Positions 1 to 10,786 of a DNA stretch of 64,000 bases are shown here, piece by piece. The notes under the pieces are model-generated. The model ran no database searches, was not told the DNA's origin, and saw only the letters and a program-made list of their open reading frames with translations. A program made the translations under genes and the position numbers. Every line of letters begins with the position of its first letter. The stretch's first letter is position 1. Source of the DNA: a virus (lineage: Duplodnaviria > Caudoviricetes); the IMG/VR virus record IMGVR_UViG_3300031466_000001, positions 96,001 through 160,000 of that record. One strand, written 5' to 3'.

Positions 1-2
1 AG

Positions 3-533
3 CTTAACAAGCTTATTGAACAATTTGGTGATTTCGAAACATACATTGAAGAAACAATGAATAAACGATTGGAAGTTGCTACTGGTAAAGAAAGAGAGCG
101 TTTGCTAATCGTTAAACAAGCATATGAAGAAGCGGAAAACCTCAACGAAATCTATGAGCACTACAAGAACAAAGGTACTATGATGATTATTAATACCATC
201 GAAGACCTTAAAAGTATTTCTCGGGCAAATCGTGTATATGAAAAATATAAAAAGCAACTTATTAAATTGAATATCAAAACGGATCTTACGGATTTTGACA
301 ATCTTGAACTTAAATTGGACGAGAAGTATCATCCTTATGCAAATGTCTTCCTTTTTGCAGTTATCAAATATATTGCTTATAAGAAAGATGTGTCTGTTAA
401 TAAAGACGGTGTGTTTTTGGCTCGTCTTGGAGAAAATGTGCGTAAACTCTTTGCAGACAGCTTCAAAGATGAAGCAAAGAAAGAAAAATTCAAAGCATCT
501 ATTTCCAAAGTCCTCGATCTGTTTATTCAATAA
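3..533 (+). CDS. Hypothetical phage protein, 5'-truncated by window edge
   Basis: Frame is open from position 3 through the annotated 57..533 ORF; no recognisable motif. Confidence 0.7.
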   Translation, partial: LNKLIEQFGDFETYIEETMNKRLEVATGKERERLLIVKQAYEEAENLNEIYEHYKNKGTMMIINTIEDLKSISRANRVYEKYKKQLIKLNIKTDLTDFDNLELKLDEKYHPYANVFLFAVIKYIAYKKDVSVNKDGVFLARLGENVRKLFADSFKDEAKKEKFKASISKVLDLFIQ

Positions 534-655
534 AAAAGGCCCTTCGTAAAAACGTGTTGAAATAGCTGTTTTGTTCATACTCTAAAAAATCATAAAGTGT
601 GTTGAAATCACCTCCGATGATTGGTAAAATTAAGGTAAAGGAGGAAGAATGCAAA

Positions 656-802
656 ATGATGGAAACTCCCCAAATTGGAGACTTTGTAACGGATGTGTAC
701 GGGAATAAAGGTGTTGTTGCATCTGTTTATTTTGATTATGTTCGGCTGACAGATGGAAAACATGTATATAAAAGAGCAATTTCTAAAATTGTAAAGGAGT
801 AG
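656..802 (+). CDS. Small KOW/SH3-like hypothetical protein
   Basis: AAGGAGG RBS before ATG 656; PQIGDFV..GNKGVV pattern. Confidence 0.45.
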   Translation: MMETPQIGDFVTDVYGNKGVVASVYFDYVRLTDGKHVYKRAISKIVKE

Positions 803-963
803 AAGGTGAACATACTCAATTTCCCTTCGCTATCAGTCACCAACGTCCTGAAATAGAAGAGCAAACCGTCACACTTGGAGCAGACATTTCAACCCTAATC
901 AAGCGTATCGAAGAGGGGTCGTTATGACCATTTTTCAATACACTTTTACGAATACCCTAAAAA

Positions 964-975
964 AACAATAGGGTA
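964..975 (+). promoter_or_regulatory. Phage late-type promoter AACA-N6-TA
   Basis: AACA-ATAGGG-TA upstream of 1043; one of 16 exact intergenic copies. Confidence 0.7.
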
Positions 976-1042
976 AGAGTAGATTTCACTTCTACTCTTA
1001 CCCCCCTTATTTTTTGCATTCATAGAAAGGGTGATATAGATT

Positions 1043-1780
1043 ATGATTGAAAAATATTTACTTAATGACGGAGAGAACATTATCTTTGTCGGTCATTATA
1101 TGGAGGCATATATTCCAGAATTTTACTTCGAGGGTAAGTTAGCAGAAGACTATGGTTCTTCAATCAATGTATTTGGTTTATTCAATGTGAGAATGTTTGA
1201 TGAAAATGGAAGATCAGAAAAATTGGAAACATTTAATCTTCCATCCATGATCAACATCTATCCCTCAGAGACTGAAACAAAAGAACTTCAACTTATTCCC
1301 GGAGACGACGGTGTATTGGATCGTTACAGAGTTGCCAAATTCTTTAAGGGTAACAAAGTTATGGCCAATAGCTTTCCTCAAGATGCTTCTAACGTAGAAC
1401 TTTTTATCAATCTTTTATTTAGGGGAAAAGTACCCCCGACTATCCCATATGATCAAATTGTAAAGATTTGGCAGAAAAATCTTGAAATTAACAACGTTAA
1501 ACTCGGTGTAACATCTACCGTTCTTGAAATTATTGTTTCCGAAATATATCGTAACAAAAAGAAACCAGAGGAAACGTTCGCTAAAGTTGTTGGTAAAGAT
1601 CCAAAAGTTTCCCAATATGCATATAAAGCTGCAAATATTCGTGAGATTTGTGCTAGAAACTCAACATTTGCAGCACTTACCTTTGAAGATATTGACTCAA
1701 TGATTACAACATCTCTCAATATCAATAAATATAATAAAGAAGAATCTGAGTCACCAATCGAAAAAATCATAAAGATGTAG
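1043..1780 (+). CDS. RNA polymerase beta-prime C-terminal fragment (probably virion RNAP)
   Basis: LEIIVSEIYR and NSTFAALTFEDIDSMITTSL resemble RpoC HIEVIVRQM and ESFISAASFQETTRVLTEA; late promoter upstream. Confidence 0.65.
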   Translation: MIEKYLLNDGENIIFVGHYMEAYIPEFYFEGKLAEDYGSSINVFGLFNVRMFDENGRSEKLETFNLPSMINIYPSETETKELQLIPGDDGVLDRYRVAKFFKGNKVMANSFPQDASNVELFINLLFRGKVPPTIPYDQIVKIWQKNLEINNVKLGVTSTVLEIIVSEIYRNKKKPEETFAKVVGKDPKVSQYAYKAANIREICARNSTFAALTFEDIDSMITTSLNINKYNKEESESPIEKIIKM

Positions 1781-1791
1781 GGTCTCCAAAG

Positions 1792-1803
1792 AACATTAAA
1801 TTA
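1792..1803 (+). promoter_or_regulatory. Phage late-type promoter for sheath-tube operon
   Basis: AACA-TTAAAT-TA followed by AGGAGG RBS and ATG 1829. Confidence 0.75.
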
Positions 1804-1828
1804 AAAATAAGTATAGGAGGTAGACGAT

Positions 1829-3688
1829 ATGCCGCAACCTGGACAAATTATCCCGGATTATTTACATCCGAGTGTTCAGACCATCATCAATGATAATACC
1901 GAATTCGTTGAAGAAACGTCTCAACCGGATCTCGGTATTAGGTCGCTGTTCGTATTCACATCTGGCAAGGGTAGAGACGGTGTACTGCTTGAAATGGCTA
2001 ACCGCACTCAATTCATCGAAGAGTTTGGTAAGCCGGACTACAGCAAGTACGGTCAGCCGATCTACATGCCGTACGCGTTCCTTTCGTCGAGTCAGACTCG
2101 CGCATATTGCATGCGTGTTATGCCTGACGACGCATCTTATGCAAATAGTGTCGTTGTAGCAAAAGTGAAGGTCGATACTATTTCTGGCTCGACCCCGGTT
2201 AAACGTCTTCTTATCCGTTTCCAAGTGTCCAACATTGGCAACATCACGGACAAAGAAGAACTGCTTCCGCTGGCTGAAGCCATGACGAATACCGATCCTG
2301 ATGCCGATGGTTTCATGACCTATCCTCTGTTTATTCTGAATTCGCATGGTCGTGGTGTATATGGTGACGCTTTCCGTTATCGTATTTCTACGGCTATTCA
2401 AGCAGACAAAGAAAATGAATACAAGAACTATCGTCTTGAAGTTTATGAGCTTGAAAACAGCCTTAAACGGAAAGAAGTCTTTGAGGGAACTCTGAGCCCG
2501 GATTCCGTTCAAGGAACGACGTCCCTTTTCTTCGAAGACGTTGTTAACGATTCGGAAAACGGTAGCAACAAGATCAACATTACCGTTATCGTGGATTCCT
2601 TCAAGGCAATCTTTGATATGTACAAGGAAGAAATTAATCCGACAACGGAATTGACGTTCGAAACTTTCGACTTCCTGTATGGTAAAGACAAAGACGGTCA
2701 ACCCATTCAAGGTATTGCTTATGACACGGAAGATCCGGATTATGTATCTCTGGATACTGTTTCCGGTATTCCGCTTGCAGGTGGTAGTGACGGCTCTTTT
2801 GCATATGAAGAAGCAAACCTCGCTATCCGTGAAGAAGCTATCATTGAAGCTTATCAGAAGGCATTCCGCGGTGAATATGACCGCGCAATTCTGAGTAAGC
2901 GTCGTACTCCGTGCCAGTTCATCTTTGACGCCGGCTACCCGGAAGAAGTCAAGAGTGAACTCATCACGCTCATGACCAAACGTTATGATGCTTATGGGTT
3001 CATTGATGCTGGCATTCTGAACTCTGTAACGGATGCTATCGCATGGGGCGAATCCATGAAGAACGTTGGCGACAGGGTGTTCTCGAAAGAGTTCCAGCAC
3101 TACAAGACGCGCGATCCGTTCACCGGTAAGATTATTCCGGTCACTATCACGTACTTTTATGCCAATGCCCTTCCGATGCACTTTATCACCAACGGAAACC
3201 ATATTCCGTTCACGGGTGAAAACTACGCCCTGCTTACGGGCCACATCAAGAATTCGCTTGCTCCGATAGTCGACGCTGACGACGGAGACGTCAAAGAACA
3301 ACTTTACTTGCTGCGTCTGAACTATTTCCAAGCTATCGCTGAGAATACGTTCGTTCGCGGTACTCAAACGACGTCTCAAAATGTCTGGTCTGATCTTTCG
3401 GAAGAAAACAATATGCACGTCCTGCTTGAACTCAAGCGTATGATTGAAAATATGGTCAGCTCGCTTGCATACAACTTTGCTGAAGCCGAAGACCGTATTC
3501 GGTTTACTGAAACCGCTCAACGCTTGATTGGTCCGTACATCGGAACCAAGATCCGTGAAGGGTCAGTTACTTTCCAAATGTCGCCGTGGGAAGAACAACG
3601 TAGCATTCTCCATTGCTACCTGAGTGTTGTCTTCCGTACGCTTGGTAAGCGCGGTATTGTCGAAATTGACATTAATCCGCGTGTCTAA
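1829..3688 (+). CDS. Contractile tail sheath protein
   Basis: 619 aa; N-terminal HPSVQT, FIEEFGKPD, LAGGSDG, C-terminal sheath-like domain (RLNYF, GTQT); high-expression codon bias. Confidence 0.88.
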   Translation: MPQPGQIIPDYLHPSVQTIINDNTEFVEETSQPDLGIRSLFVFTSGKGRDGVLLEMANRTQFIEEFGKPDYSKYGQPIYMPYAFLSSSQTRAYCMRVMPDDASYANSVVVAKVKVDTISGSTPVKRLLIRFQVSNIGNITDKEELLPLAEAMTNTDPDADGFMTYPLFILNSHGRGVYGDAFRYRISTAIQADKENEYKNYRLEVYELENSLKRKEVFEGTLSPDSVQGTTSLFFEDVVNDSENGSNKINITVIVDSFKAIFDMYKEEINPTTELTFETFDFLYGKDKDGQPIQGIAYDTEDPDYVSLDTVSGIPLAGGSDGSFAYEEANLAIREEAIIEAYQKAFRGEYDRAILSKRRTPCQFIFDAGYPEEVKSELITLMTKRYDAYGFIDAGILNSVTDAIAWGESMKNVGDRVFSKEFQHYKTRDPFTGKIIPVTITYFYANALPMHFITNGNHIPFTGENYALLTGHIKNSLAPIVDADDGDVKEQLYLLRLNYFQAIAENTFVRGTQTTSQNVWSDLSEENNMHVLLELKRMIENMVSSLAYNFAEAEDRIRFTETAQRLIGPYIGTKIREGSVTFQMSPWEEQRSILHCYLSVVFRTLGKRGIVEIDINPRV

Positions 3689-3720
3689 TACAAATAAAAA
3701 ATAGAAGGGAGATGGAATAA

Positions 3721-4527
3721 ATGGCTGAGACTACGCTTCAGACTAACATCAAACAACCCAGTGACAAAATCACTCAGTACTCTTTGTTCCTTGGCGGTCT
3801 CAACACCAAGGCCGGAGTAATTGAGCAATACTCGCCTCTGCGTACTGGTTATGCCCGTATCTTTTTTGTTAAGATGCCGGTTTTCATGAATAAAATCTTC
3901 CCGAATAAGACTAAGAACTTCAAGCATATGCTTGAATATGGATTCGTCGGTATCGACGGTATCCAAAACACGACGCTTGAATTCGAACAAGTCACGGGTG
4001 GTTACAACGCCCGCTCGTTCGACGTTCCGTCGACGGCTCGGGACGAAACGACCGAGGTGACGATCCGTCTCTATGAATTCACTGGTTCGCCGGTACGTGA
4101 GTATACGGAGATGTGGATCTCTGGTATTTCGGACCCGGTCACCGGTATCGGTCACTATCATGGTGCTATTGGTCAAGATGGTATTGTCTACAACCAAGCA
4201 AACCATGTTGCCGAAGCAATCTATGTACAAACTGACCCGACCGGCCGTGAAGACGGTATCGAGTATGCGTGCCTGCTGACGAACATGATTCCGAAAAACG
4301 TCAAGAAGGATCACTTCAACTACGAATCGGGTCAACACCCGGTAGTCCAAGTTGACGTGCCGTTCAGCTGCGTTAAGTACGAATCGCCGCAAATCAACAC
4401 CATTGCAAAACAACTTATTACGAAATATAAGATTCTTCGCAATTTCCTGGATTTCAACTCGGGTTACACTATCGACAACGTCAACAACATGCCCGTACCT
4501 CAAATCAGCGACTGGCCTACGCAGTAA
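3721..4527 (+). CDS. Tail tube protein
   Basis: Directly after sheath; 268 aa; YEFTGSPV..W..ISDP.TG pattern typical of jumbo-phage tube proteins. Confidence 0.75.
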   Translation: MAETTLQTNIKQPSDKITQYSLFLGGLNTKAGVIEQYSPLRTGYARIFFVKMPVFMNKIFPNKTKNFKHMLEYGFVGIDGIQNTTLEFEQVTGGYNARSFDVPSTARDETTEVTIRLYEFTGSPVREYTEMWISGISDPVTGIGHYHGAIGQDGIVYNQANHVAEAIYVQTDPTGREDGIEYACLLTNMIPKNVKKDHFNYESGQHPVVQVDVPFSCVKYESPQINTIAKQLITKYKILRNFLDFNSGYTIDNVNNMPVPQISDWPTQ

Positions 4528-4535
4528 TAAAATTA

Positions 4536-4567
4536 AAAGATCCCATACCGTACGGTATGGGATCTTT
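4536..4567. terminator. Bidirectional terminator, perfect 32-bp palindrome
   Basis: AAAGATCCCATACCGT-ACGGTATGGGATCTTT between convergent tube and portal genes. Confidence 0.8.
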
Positions 4568-4581
4568 ATTATGTTTTTTTT

Positions 4582-6819
4582 TCACTGACCGGAATTATCA
4601 GATTCGGGTCTATTTTTCTTATTTTCTGTGAGTCTAGTCGCTTCAACAAAAGCATCTCTAAGTATTTCTTCTGCACGATTCCACGGCAACATCGGAAGAA
4701 CTTCCTTAGCGAGATTCCTATAAAGAATGTCTTTGAGTTTGTTATCAAATTCAGTCTGTTCGGATTGTTCGCCGGTCATTGCCTTAATGAGCATATTGAT
4801 AACTACATCGGCATTAGAGACAATGTCCGACATGTTGGTGTTATTCAGAGATTTGGGTGGCATAAGTTTAAATTCAAAGCTTTCGATAATATCATCGTCG
4901 ATAGTACTACTGGTGAAACGAAGAATCTTTTTATAAAGCTCTGTGGTACAGTTATTGAAATCCATCTGATAGCTGATAACACGTCTCAGGAATTTTGCAT
5001 TTGCCATAACCAGAGTTTTTGCATAGTCTGCTTGATTGATGTACTCCATAATAACTGAAGGAACACCAGTGGAATTAATATATGCAGTACGAAGAAGTTC
5101 CATGAGTTCAGTATTCAACTGGACATCTTGCCCAGACAGGATATCGAAATCTATACCTCTTTCACCGCTTCTTCCTATAGGCATGAAGATATCTTTTGCA
5201 TGGCCGATTTTAGAAATCATCGAGTTGTAGTTGAGAAGATCCATGAAATTGATTTGTCTTTCGCGGATGGAGCGAGCTATTTCTTGTATCTTATTAGCTA
5301 TGTTCGCATCGATTCCGGAGGATCTCACATAGTATACTCTGGTATCATTGGAACGGCTAATGATAGTAACCATCTTAAAAATGAGCAACGCAAGGTATAG
5401 TTTAGCATAGAAGAGAGAAGGCATAATTATAGACTGCCCCTCACCTTCTTCATTTCTGTTCACATGGAATTCGGTGACGTAATCGACTGGAATGAATTGG
5501 AATCTGAGATCTTTTTTATAAATATCATTATAAATCAGTGAGTTCAAAATGAGTTCTTTGAATTTATGATTCTCTTCCAGGAATTTCTTATTAAATGCCT
5601 TTACGATCTTATCGGTAATTTTAGAAAGAAAGTTTGTCTCTAAATCTTTGGGTGTACCAAATGTAAAGTTAGCACGGATCGTTTGTGAAAAAGGAGTTCT
5701 AGAAACCTCTGTTGCAACTTGATGTACGTAATAATACCCGATTGTATGATCAAGGATTTTAATTGGAATCATACGACGAGGGTCAATGAGTTTAATATAG
5801 CAATCATTGAACATGGAAAAATCTTTTTCAGAATCTTTAAGTTCTTTGGTTCCATCTGCATACATAGACGCGGAGGACTCGTTTTTCTTAATGCTATCTT
5901 TTGAAATTTTATCTGCCATCTTTCTAAACGGACTATCCGTTCCGAAGAGAGCATCCAAATCATTTGCTCCCTCCAAAACAAGAGGAAGAGGAATGTCATC
6001 ATTAACAACCTCAATATTTTCTAAAACATTGTTAAACGTCTTCTTCAAATCTGCCAAATTTACATTTTTCAAATCAGATTCTTCTCTGAAACTTTTTACG
6101 AATTCATCACTTACGGCTTCTAAAGTATATTTAATTCTTTGCTCGGAACGTTGTTTCTTTTCAGTATATTGCTGATACAGCTTAGAGTATGGAATAGTAT
6201 AGACATAATATTTCCCATATTGGAGAGTATTGGGAATAATATGGTCTTTGAGTTTTTGAAGGAGTTGGAATTTCTTTTGAATGTTTTCCACGGTATCTCT
6301 TAAACCTAATTTATCTTCACTACCAGTCTCCTGATTTTTGAAGGTCAGGCTGCAAGAAACATAGGATGAAAGATCGTCTGCAGATACGATAGCGTCTCTT
6401 GTAGTATTAAGTGCTTCTTTCAGTTCAAAAAGCTGATTACAAATAATATTCAGATCTTCATAAAGAAGATTTTGATTCTTGTAACGTTCATAGAAGAAAC
6501 TAAAGATACCGCTACCGGATTCGTCCGAGAAAATTTCCTCCATAGATTTCGGATTGTTTCTCAGACTATTTTCCCTATCCTGCTCATTAAAAAGTTTTAC
6601 AAGGAAAACAGAGATATCATCTCCGGTATATTTAGTAAATTCTTTGATGTCATCATAAATAACATCATCTATCTCATTAGAGATTCTCTCAAGTTCCCTT
6701 TCTCGCTTGAGATTAGGAGAGCCGAGATTTTCTATATATTCGTTGAATAGTGAATTGAGTCTTTGGAGAGGTTTTTCTATTCTTCTGACTGTAGTTCTTC
6801 TATTATTAGTTTTAGCCAT
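4582..6819 (-). CDS. Portal protein (T4 gp20-like)
   Basis: About 745 aa; YGKYYVY, IDPRRM, SRSNDTRVYYV, FDILSGQ, TGVPS motifs; late promoter at 6853-6864. Confidence 0.75.
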   Translation of the reverse strand: MAKTNNRRTTVRRIEKPLQRLNSLFNEYIENLGSPNLKRERELERISNEIDDVIYDDIKEFTKYTGDDISVFLVKLFNEQDRENSLRNNPKSMEEIFSDESGSGIFSFFYERYKNQNLLYEDLNIICNQLFELKEALNTTRDAIVSADDLSSYVSCSLTFKNQETGSEDKLGLRDTVENIQKKFQLLQKLKDHIIPNTLQYGKYYVYTIPYSKLYQQYTEKKQRSEQRIKYTLEAVSDEFVKSFREESDLKNVNLADLKKTFNNVLENIEVVNDDIPLPLVLEGANDLDALFGTDSPFRKMADKISKDSIKKNESSASMYADGTKELKDSEKDFSMFNDCYIKLIDPRRMIPIKILDHTIGYYYVHQVATEVSRTPFSQTIRANFTFGTPKDLETNFLSKITDKIVKAFNKKFLEENHKFKELILNSLIYNDIYKKDLRFQFIPVDYVTEFHVNRNEEGEGQSIIMPSLFYAKLYLALLIFKMVTIISRSNDTRVYYVRSSGIDANIANKIQEIARSIRERQINFMDLLNYNSMISKIGHAKDIFMPIGRSGERGIDFDILSGQDVQLNTELMELLRTAYINSTGVPSVIMEYINQADYAKTLVMANAKFLRRVISYQMDFNNCTTELYKKILRFTSSTIDDDIIESFEFKLMPPKSLNNTNMSDIVSNADVVINMLIKAMTGEQSEQTEFDNKLKDILYRNLAKEVLPMLPWNRAEEILRDAFVEATRLTENKKNRPESDNSGQ

Positions 6820-6925
6820 TTTATAACCGACCACCTTTACTACAACTTATTTTATAGATCTGTTCGACTGAGTAAATTATAGTCGGATTTTTGCAAAAAA
6901 ATAAAGAGAGCATAACTTATGCTCT

Positions 6926-7600
6926 CTAATCAGTGGGCATCTTTATACAGCTATAAAGATGAAAAGAGGATATTGAATTATTCTCATCCATCAATACAGC
7001 CTCGAAAATTTCTTCGTTTATTTCCGAAAACAAGAACCATATATCTGAACTATTTTTCAATGTGGGTAATAATTCTTTTGACATTTTAATCCGAAAATCT
7101 TCATACTGATGAATCAGTATCTCACCGTCAAGCAATGTCTGAGTGGCTTCATCGCTCATTTTAATAGACTTTTGCTTGAATTGTTTAATTTTCTCTTTCA
7201 CTTTGAAATAGATATTGGGAATAATCGAATCGCTTATTTCGCCAATAACAAAGTTCAATTCTTTCTTATCCGTAGAGACTTTTATTTTAATCAGATTATT
7301 ATCTACTACAATTTCTTCAATTTCGGATTTCTTATAATCCTTAAAAACTTCGGAAATTTTTACACCATTGAGTATAAGAAATCCGGAATTTGTCATCGCA
7401 CTAACAATTTCCTGTATTGTCTCTGATTGAGCAAAATGGTATCCTATATCAATAACTTTGCTATTTTGATAAGGTAATGCAATTCCGTCTCCAAAAAGGC
7501 AATAGACCTTACACATACGTCTCATTACCTTATTCAATTCTTCTACTTTCTTAATGATTTTTTTATCTACTTTAAGGTTGTCCATTACCATCATCCCCAA
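6926..7600 (-). CDS. Hypothetical protein, coupled downstream of DNA polymerase
   Basis: 224 aa ORF overlapping the pol stop. Confidence 0.7.
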   Translation of the reverse strand: MGMMVMDNLKVDKKIIKKVEELNKVMRRMCKVYCLFGDGIALPYQNSKVIDIGYHFAQSETIQEIVSAMTNSGFLILNGVKISEVFKDYKKSEIEEIVVDNNLIKIKVSTDKKELNFVIGEISDSIIPNIYFKVKEKIKQFKQKSIKMSDEATQTLLDGEILIHQYEDFRIKMSKELLPTLKNSSDIWFLFSEINEEIFEAVLMDENNSISSFHLYSCIKMPTD

Positions 7601-9428
7601 TTTCGATAACTAATTTGTCGATAAAATGTGTATTTCCATACAACTCAGGAACTTTATATTTCTTTCTATTCTTGATTCCAAACTGTTCACGAACTTTCTT
7701 ATCCAATTCAAGAATACCAGGGAGACCAAACCATTTGGTTCCCATGAGCCCATAGTTTCCAATAAGATAATTGTCTACAAACTCTTTACCTTTGTCATCA
7801 ATGTCACTGTTATCCGAATTTTGAATCTTACGACTAACTTCCCCAATTGAACTATCAATGATCAATTTTCCAATCATAGTATTAGGTGCAACGTTGAATG
7901 TTATAATTATATTTGGATACATGGACGAGAAGTCCATATCTACAGCATTATCGTAAATAAACATGCTTCTTTTTCCAAAAATCTTAACCCCAGTATGTGA
8001 ATTAAGCATGGGGTCTGCAACTAATGCACCATCGAATTTTTCATCGTCATCGCCTTCATCCGATTCTTGTGCTTTTTTGTTCTTAGTACTCTCACCGTAA
8101 TCAACGTTGATGTTATTCCCAATAATCAGACCCTGTTTATAAAACTCAACATAGGCCCGATTCTTAAGGAACACCGTCTGTTTGAATACTTTGTGATATA
8201 CAGTAGCATTTGCATATGCTCGTTGATAAATATTATCAGTATCTCCGGTTTTATCCTCAATTCCCATTTGAAGAAGAACGTCTTTTATATTATATTTAAC
8301 GAAAAGCCAATAATCAACCCATGCTAATGTTTTGATATTGGCAGCTTCGCTGTAATCAAGCTTAGAATCACCAATCTCTTTCTCTGCAACTGCATTAAGA
8401 GAAAAGGATCTGATCTCTCCTTGACCTTTTCTAAGTCCGCCATAATTGATCATTTGGTCGAGATACGTTGTATATGAAGAAATTCTAAAATAGTCTCCCT
8501 TATTGGGAATGGAGAAAGTTTTATAATCTTTCTTATAGAAAAGATATTTGACTTTGAAATCTTTATGACACATAACTCTTATGGGATCTAATCCGAGTTT
8601 CTTCAGGCGTTCGATAATGTACGGAATATCGAAGCCCATGTTCCAAATCAACATAAAATCCCGTTTAAGAGTGTTAATCAATTTAAACATATCAACTATG
8701 AGATCACATTCATCATCATACATGTAAATATTGTAATCCAGCACTCCATAAACATCATCAAAGTCATCATGGAGTTCTTTAATAAACTCATCCACTCTTG
8801 CTTCAAAATCTGCAATTAATGGGTTTTCAGGATTTCTTAAAAGAAAAGTGAATACTGATTTACTCTCTTTATCTACAATGGTTGCTGCATTAATGGGACA
8901 TTCTCCCTCTTTCGGAAACCCATCAAACTTATAGCTGTCAACCTCAATATCGAGAAACTGCTTTGTAATATATTTGGGTCGATCATTGTCGTTGTGTAAA
9001 ACCCATTGAATTCTCACCCAGTTTTCGATATCATAATCTGAACCAAATACATATGGGTATTTATGAATTTCATGAATTTTACCCCAATTACCTGTAGCTT
9101 TACAATCTTCAATAAATTTTTTAAACATGTCACCCGCTTGCTGGGCGATATAGAAGGGAAGATTGTTAAATTTACATCTATGCATCTCTGTCTGATCGAG
9201 TTCAATAAATAATTTATTATAATCGTAGTTACGATATTTTTCTTTTGTAAAATAAATCTCAATTTCAGGCTCTCTAATTGTTTCAACAAATTTTTCTCCC
9301 GTATCAAGATCTTTATAGATAATATCAAGATAGTCTGCATCCCCACCAACTTTTTTATTATGATACATAACATTTAACAACATCGTATTTTCTTTATTTC
9401 TATGAGGTATAAATTTCAAGTTTATCAC
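7572..9428 (-). CDS. Family B DNA polymerase, exonuclease + motif A subunit (split polymerase)
   Basis: ExoI FLDIEVD, ExoII WNMGFDIPYI, ExoIII YNIKDV, motif A DMDFSSMYPNII; motifs B/C absent. Confidence 0.88.
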   Translation of the reverse strand: MINLKFIPHRNKENTMLLNVMYHNKKVGGDADYLDIIYKDLDTGEKFVETIREPEIEIYFTKEKYRNYDYNKLFIELDQTEMHRCKFNNLPFYIAQQAGDMFKKFIEDCKATGNWGKIHEIHKYPYVFGSDYDIENWVRIQWVLHNDNDRPKYITKQFLDIEVDSYKFDGFPKEGECPINAATIVDKESKSVFTFLLRNPENPLIADFEARVDEFIKELHDDFDDVYGVLDYNIYMYDDECDLIVDMFKLINTLKRDFMLIWNMGFDIPYIIERLKKLGLDPIRVMCHKDFKVKYLFYKKDYKTFSIPNKGDYFRISSYTTYLDQMINYGGLRKGQGEIRSFSLNAVAEKEIGDSKLDYSEAANIKTLAWVDYWLFVKYNIKDVLLQMGIEDKTGDTDNIYQRAYANATVYHKVFKQTVFLKNRAYVEFYKQGLIIGNNINVDYGESTKNKKAQESDEGDDDEKFDGALVADPMLNSHTGVKIFGKRSMFIYDNAVDMDFSSMYPNIIITFNVAPNTMIGKLIIDSSIGEVSRKIQNSDNSDIDDKGKEFVDNYLIGNYGLMGTKWFGLPGILELDKKVREQFGIKNRKKYKVPELYGNTHFIDKLVIEIGDDGNGQP

Positions 9429-9446
9429 ACCCCGTAAATTACTAGT

Positions 9447-9509
9447 TACATTGATGTTAACCCGTCTTTATAAAAGAATCTCACTTTATTTCTGAGAAAA
9501 TAATATATA
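9447..9509 (-). promoter_or_regulatory. Tandem early (TATATATTAT, 9500-9509) and late (AACA-N6-TA, 9447-9458) promoters for DNA polymerase
   Basis: Both motifs exact and oriented toward the gene. Confidence 0.65.
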
Positions 9510-9579
9510 AACTACAGATTAATTAATTTAGCATCTTGAAAACACTTTAATAAAGAGATAAACTGGAGGTGCAACCAAG

Positions 9580-10734
9580 ATGGAGAAGAACGGTTTGCTT
9601 GTAATTAATATTGATATTGATGAGAAAGTCAATATTATTGAGGGTCTCAAGTCTCTTAAACCGCTTCCCGGTACTAATTCAAAGGCTAGCTTAGATGAAG
9701 AGAGAAACGAGCCCCTATTGTTGACGAAATTAGGTAAGAAGGATAAAAAGAAAAAGAAGAAAAAGAAAGGAAAAGAAGGTTTATTTGATGGAGTTGATTT
9801 CTCACTAAGTAAAAATTTCGACGACGATGATGAAGGAGAAGAGCAAAAAGAAGAACGAAAATTCACATTCCTCGAAGCGGATGACATGTTCAGAGATGAT
9901 GAAGAAACCGATCTTACTGAGGAAATTAGTAAAGACCAGAAAAAAAATTATAAGAAACGGGAAAGTGACTTCGAGAAAAAATTCGATGAAGAGTTAACTA
10001 TTCTTTATGATCTCTTGGAAGAAGTGAATAAATTCGGTAAATCTCTGGAGAAAAAATATCATGCTTTGGAAGCTAGTAAGGTTAGGGGTATTAGCAAATA
10101 TACCAATGACCTCATAGTCTCAATCCTGTCCAGTAAAGCAAGTAAACTTCAAATTGTTAAAGAAATTGCAGCCATTAAGAAAACAATTCAAGATCTTAAA
10201 TTTAAAGCAGAGAAAGAAGCTCGGGATAAAGAAGGCGATATCTCTAGAGACCAAATTGCCGCAGCATATCTTTCTCGGGTATTTAATAACGTTGGTAGAA
10301 ATAACTTTATTCAAGGTGCTGGTGGAATGGGATTTGCTCCTCGTAGCCAAGATGATGACGATGATGAAGTTCTTGAAGAAATTGAATCCCGTCGTGGAAA
10401 TAGTGACTACCAGCGCGAAAGAATCTATGATATGATCTTGAATCGACTGGAAAATGAAAGAGATGATGGTGTTCGATCTTTCTATAGGGCACCTGAAGCA
10501 GATATTTATCTCAAATATGAGAATGAGGGAATAAATATTTGTGTTAAAAGATGTATTGACGACGGTTCGTGGCAATTTATTGCTGTAAACCGTGACGGTC
10601 AAGAAGTTCCCGACTATCCTCTCCCTAAAAAGAAAGACGTCGGTTCTGTTAAATTTAGTGCAGACGGTCGTCGTATGACTGATGGTAGGGGAGTTACCTA
10701 TAAAGTAATTGAATACTCTGCTCCAATCGAATAA
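9580..10734 (+). CDS. Hypothetical late protein with Lys tract, acidic tracts and coiled coil
   Basis: 384 aa; GGAGG RBS; AACA-CTTTAA-TA at 9541-9552. Confidence 0.75.
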   Translation: MEKNGLLVINIDIDEKVNIIEGLKSLKPLPGTNSKASLDEERNEPLLLTKLGKKDKKKKKKKKGKEGLFDGVDFSLSKNFDDDDEGEEQKEERKFTFLEADDMFRDDEETDLTEEISKDQKKNYKKRESDFEKKFDEELTILYDLLEEVNKFGKSLEKKYHALEASKVRGISKYTNDLIVSILSSKASKLQIVKEIAAIKKTIQDLKFKAEKEARDKEGDISRDQIAAAYLSRVFNNVGRNNFIQGAGGMGFAPRSQDDDDDEVLEEIESRRGNSDYQRERIYDMILNRLENERDDGVRSFYRAPEADIYLKYENEGINICVKRCIDDGSWQFIAVNRDGQEVPDYPLPKKKDVGSVKFSADGRRMTDGRGVTYKVIEYSAPIE

Positions 10735-10786
10735 AAAAATAAAAGAGGATGATGGATTTTACCATCATCCTCTTTTATTGTTGTTC

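Noticed and set aside
788-928. Possible further gene remnant after the 656..802 ORF
   Set aside because: Open frame without a start and no recognisable motif; too weak to call
1862-3520. 552-aa antisense ORF over the sheath gene (also 3685..4503 over the tube gene)
   Set aside because: Shadow of biased codon usage on the sense strand; no RBS, promoter motif or protein-like features
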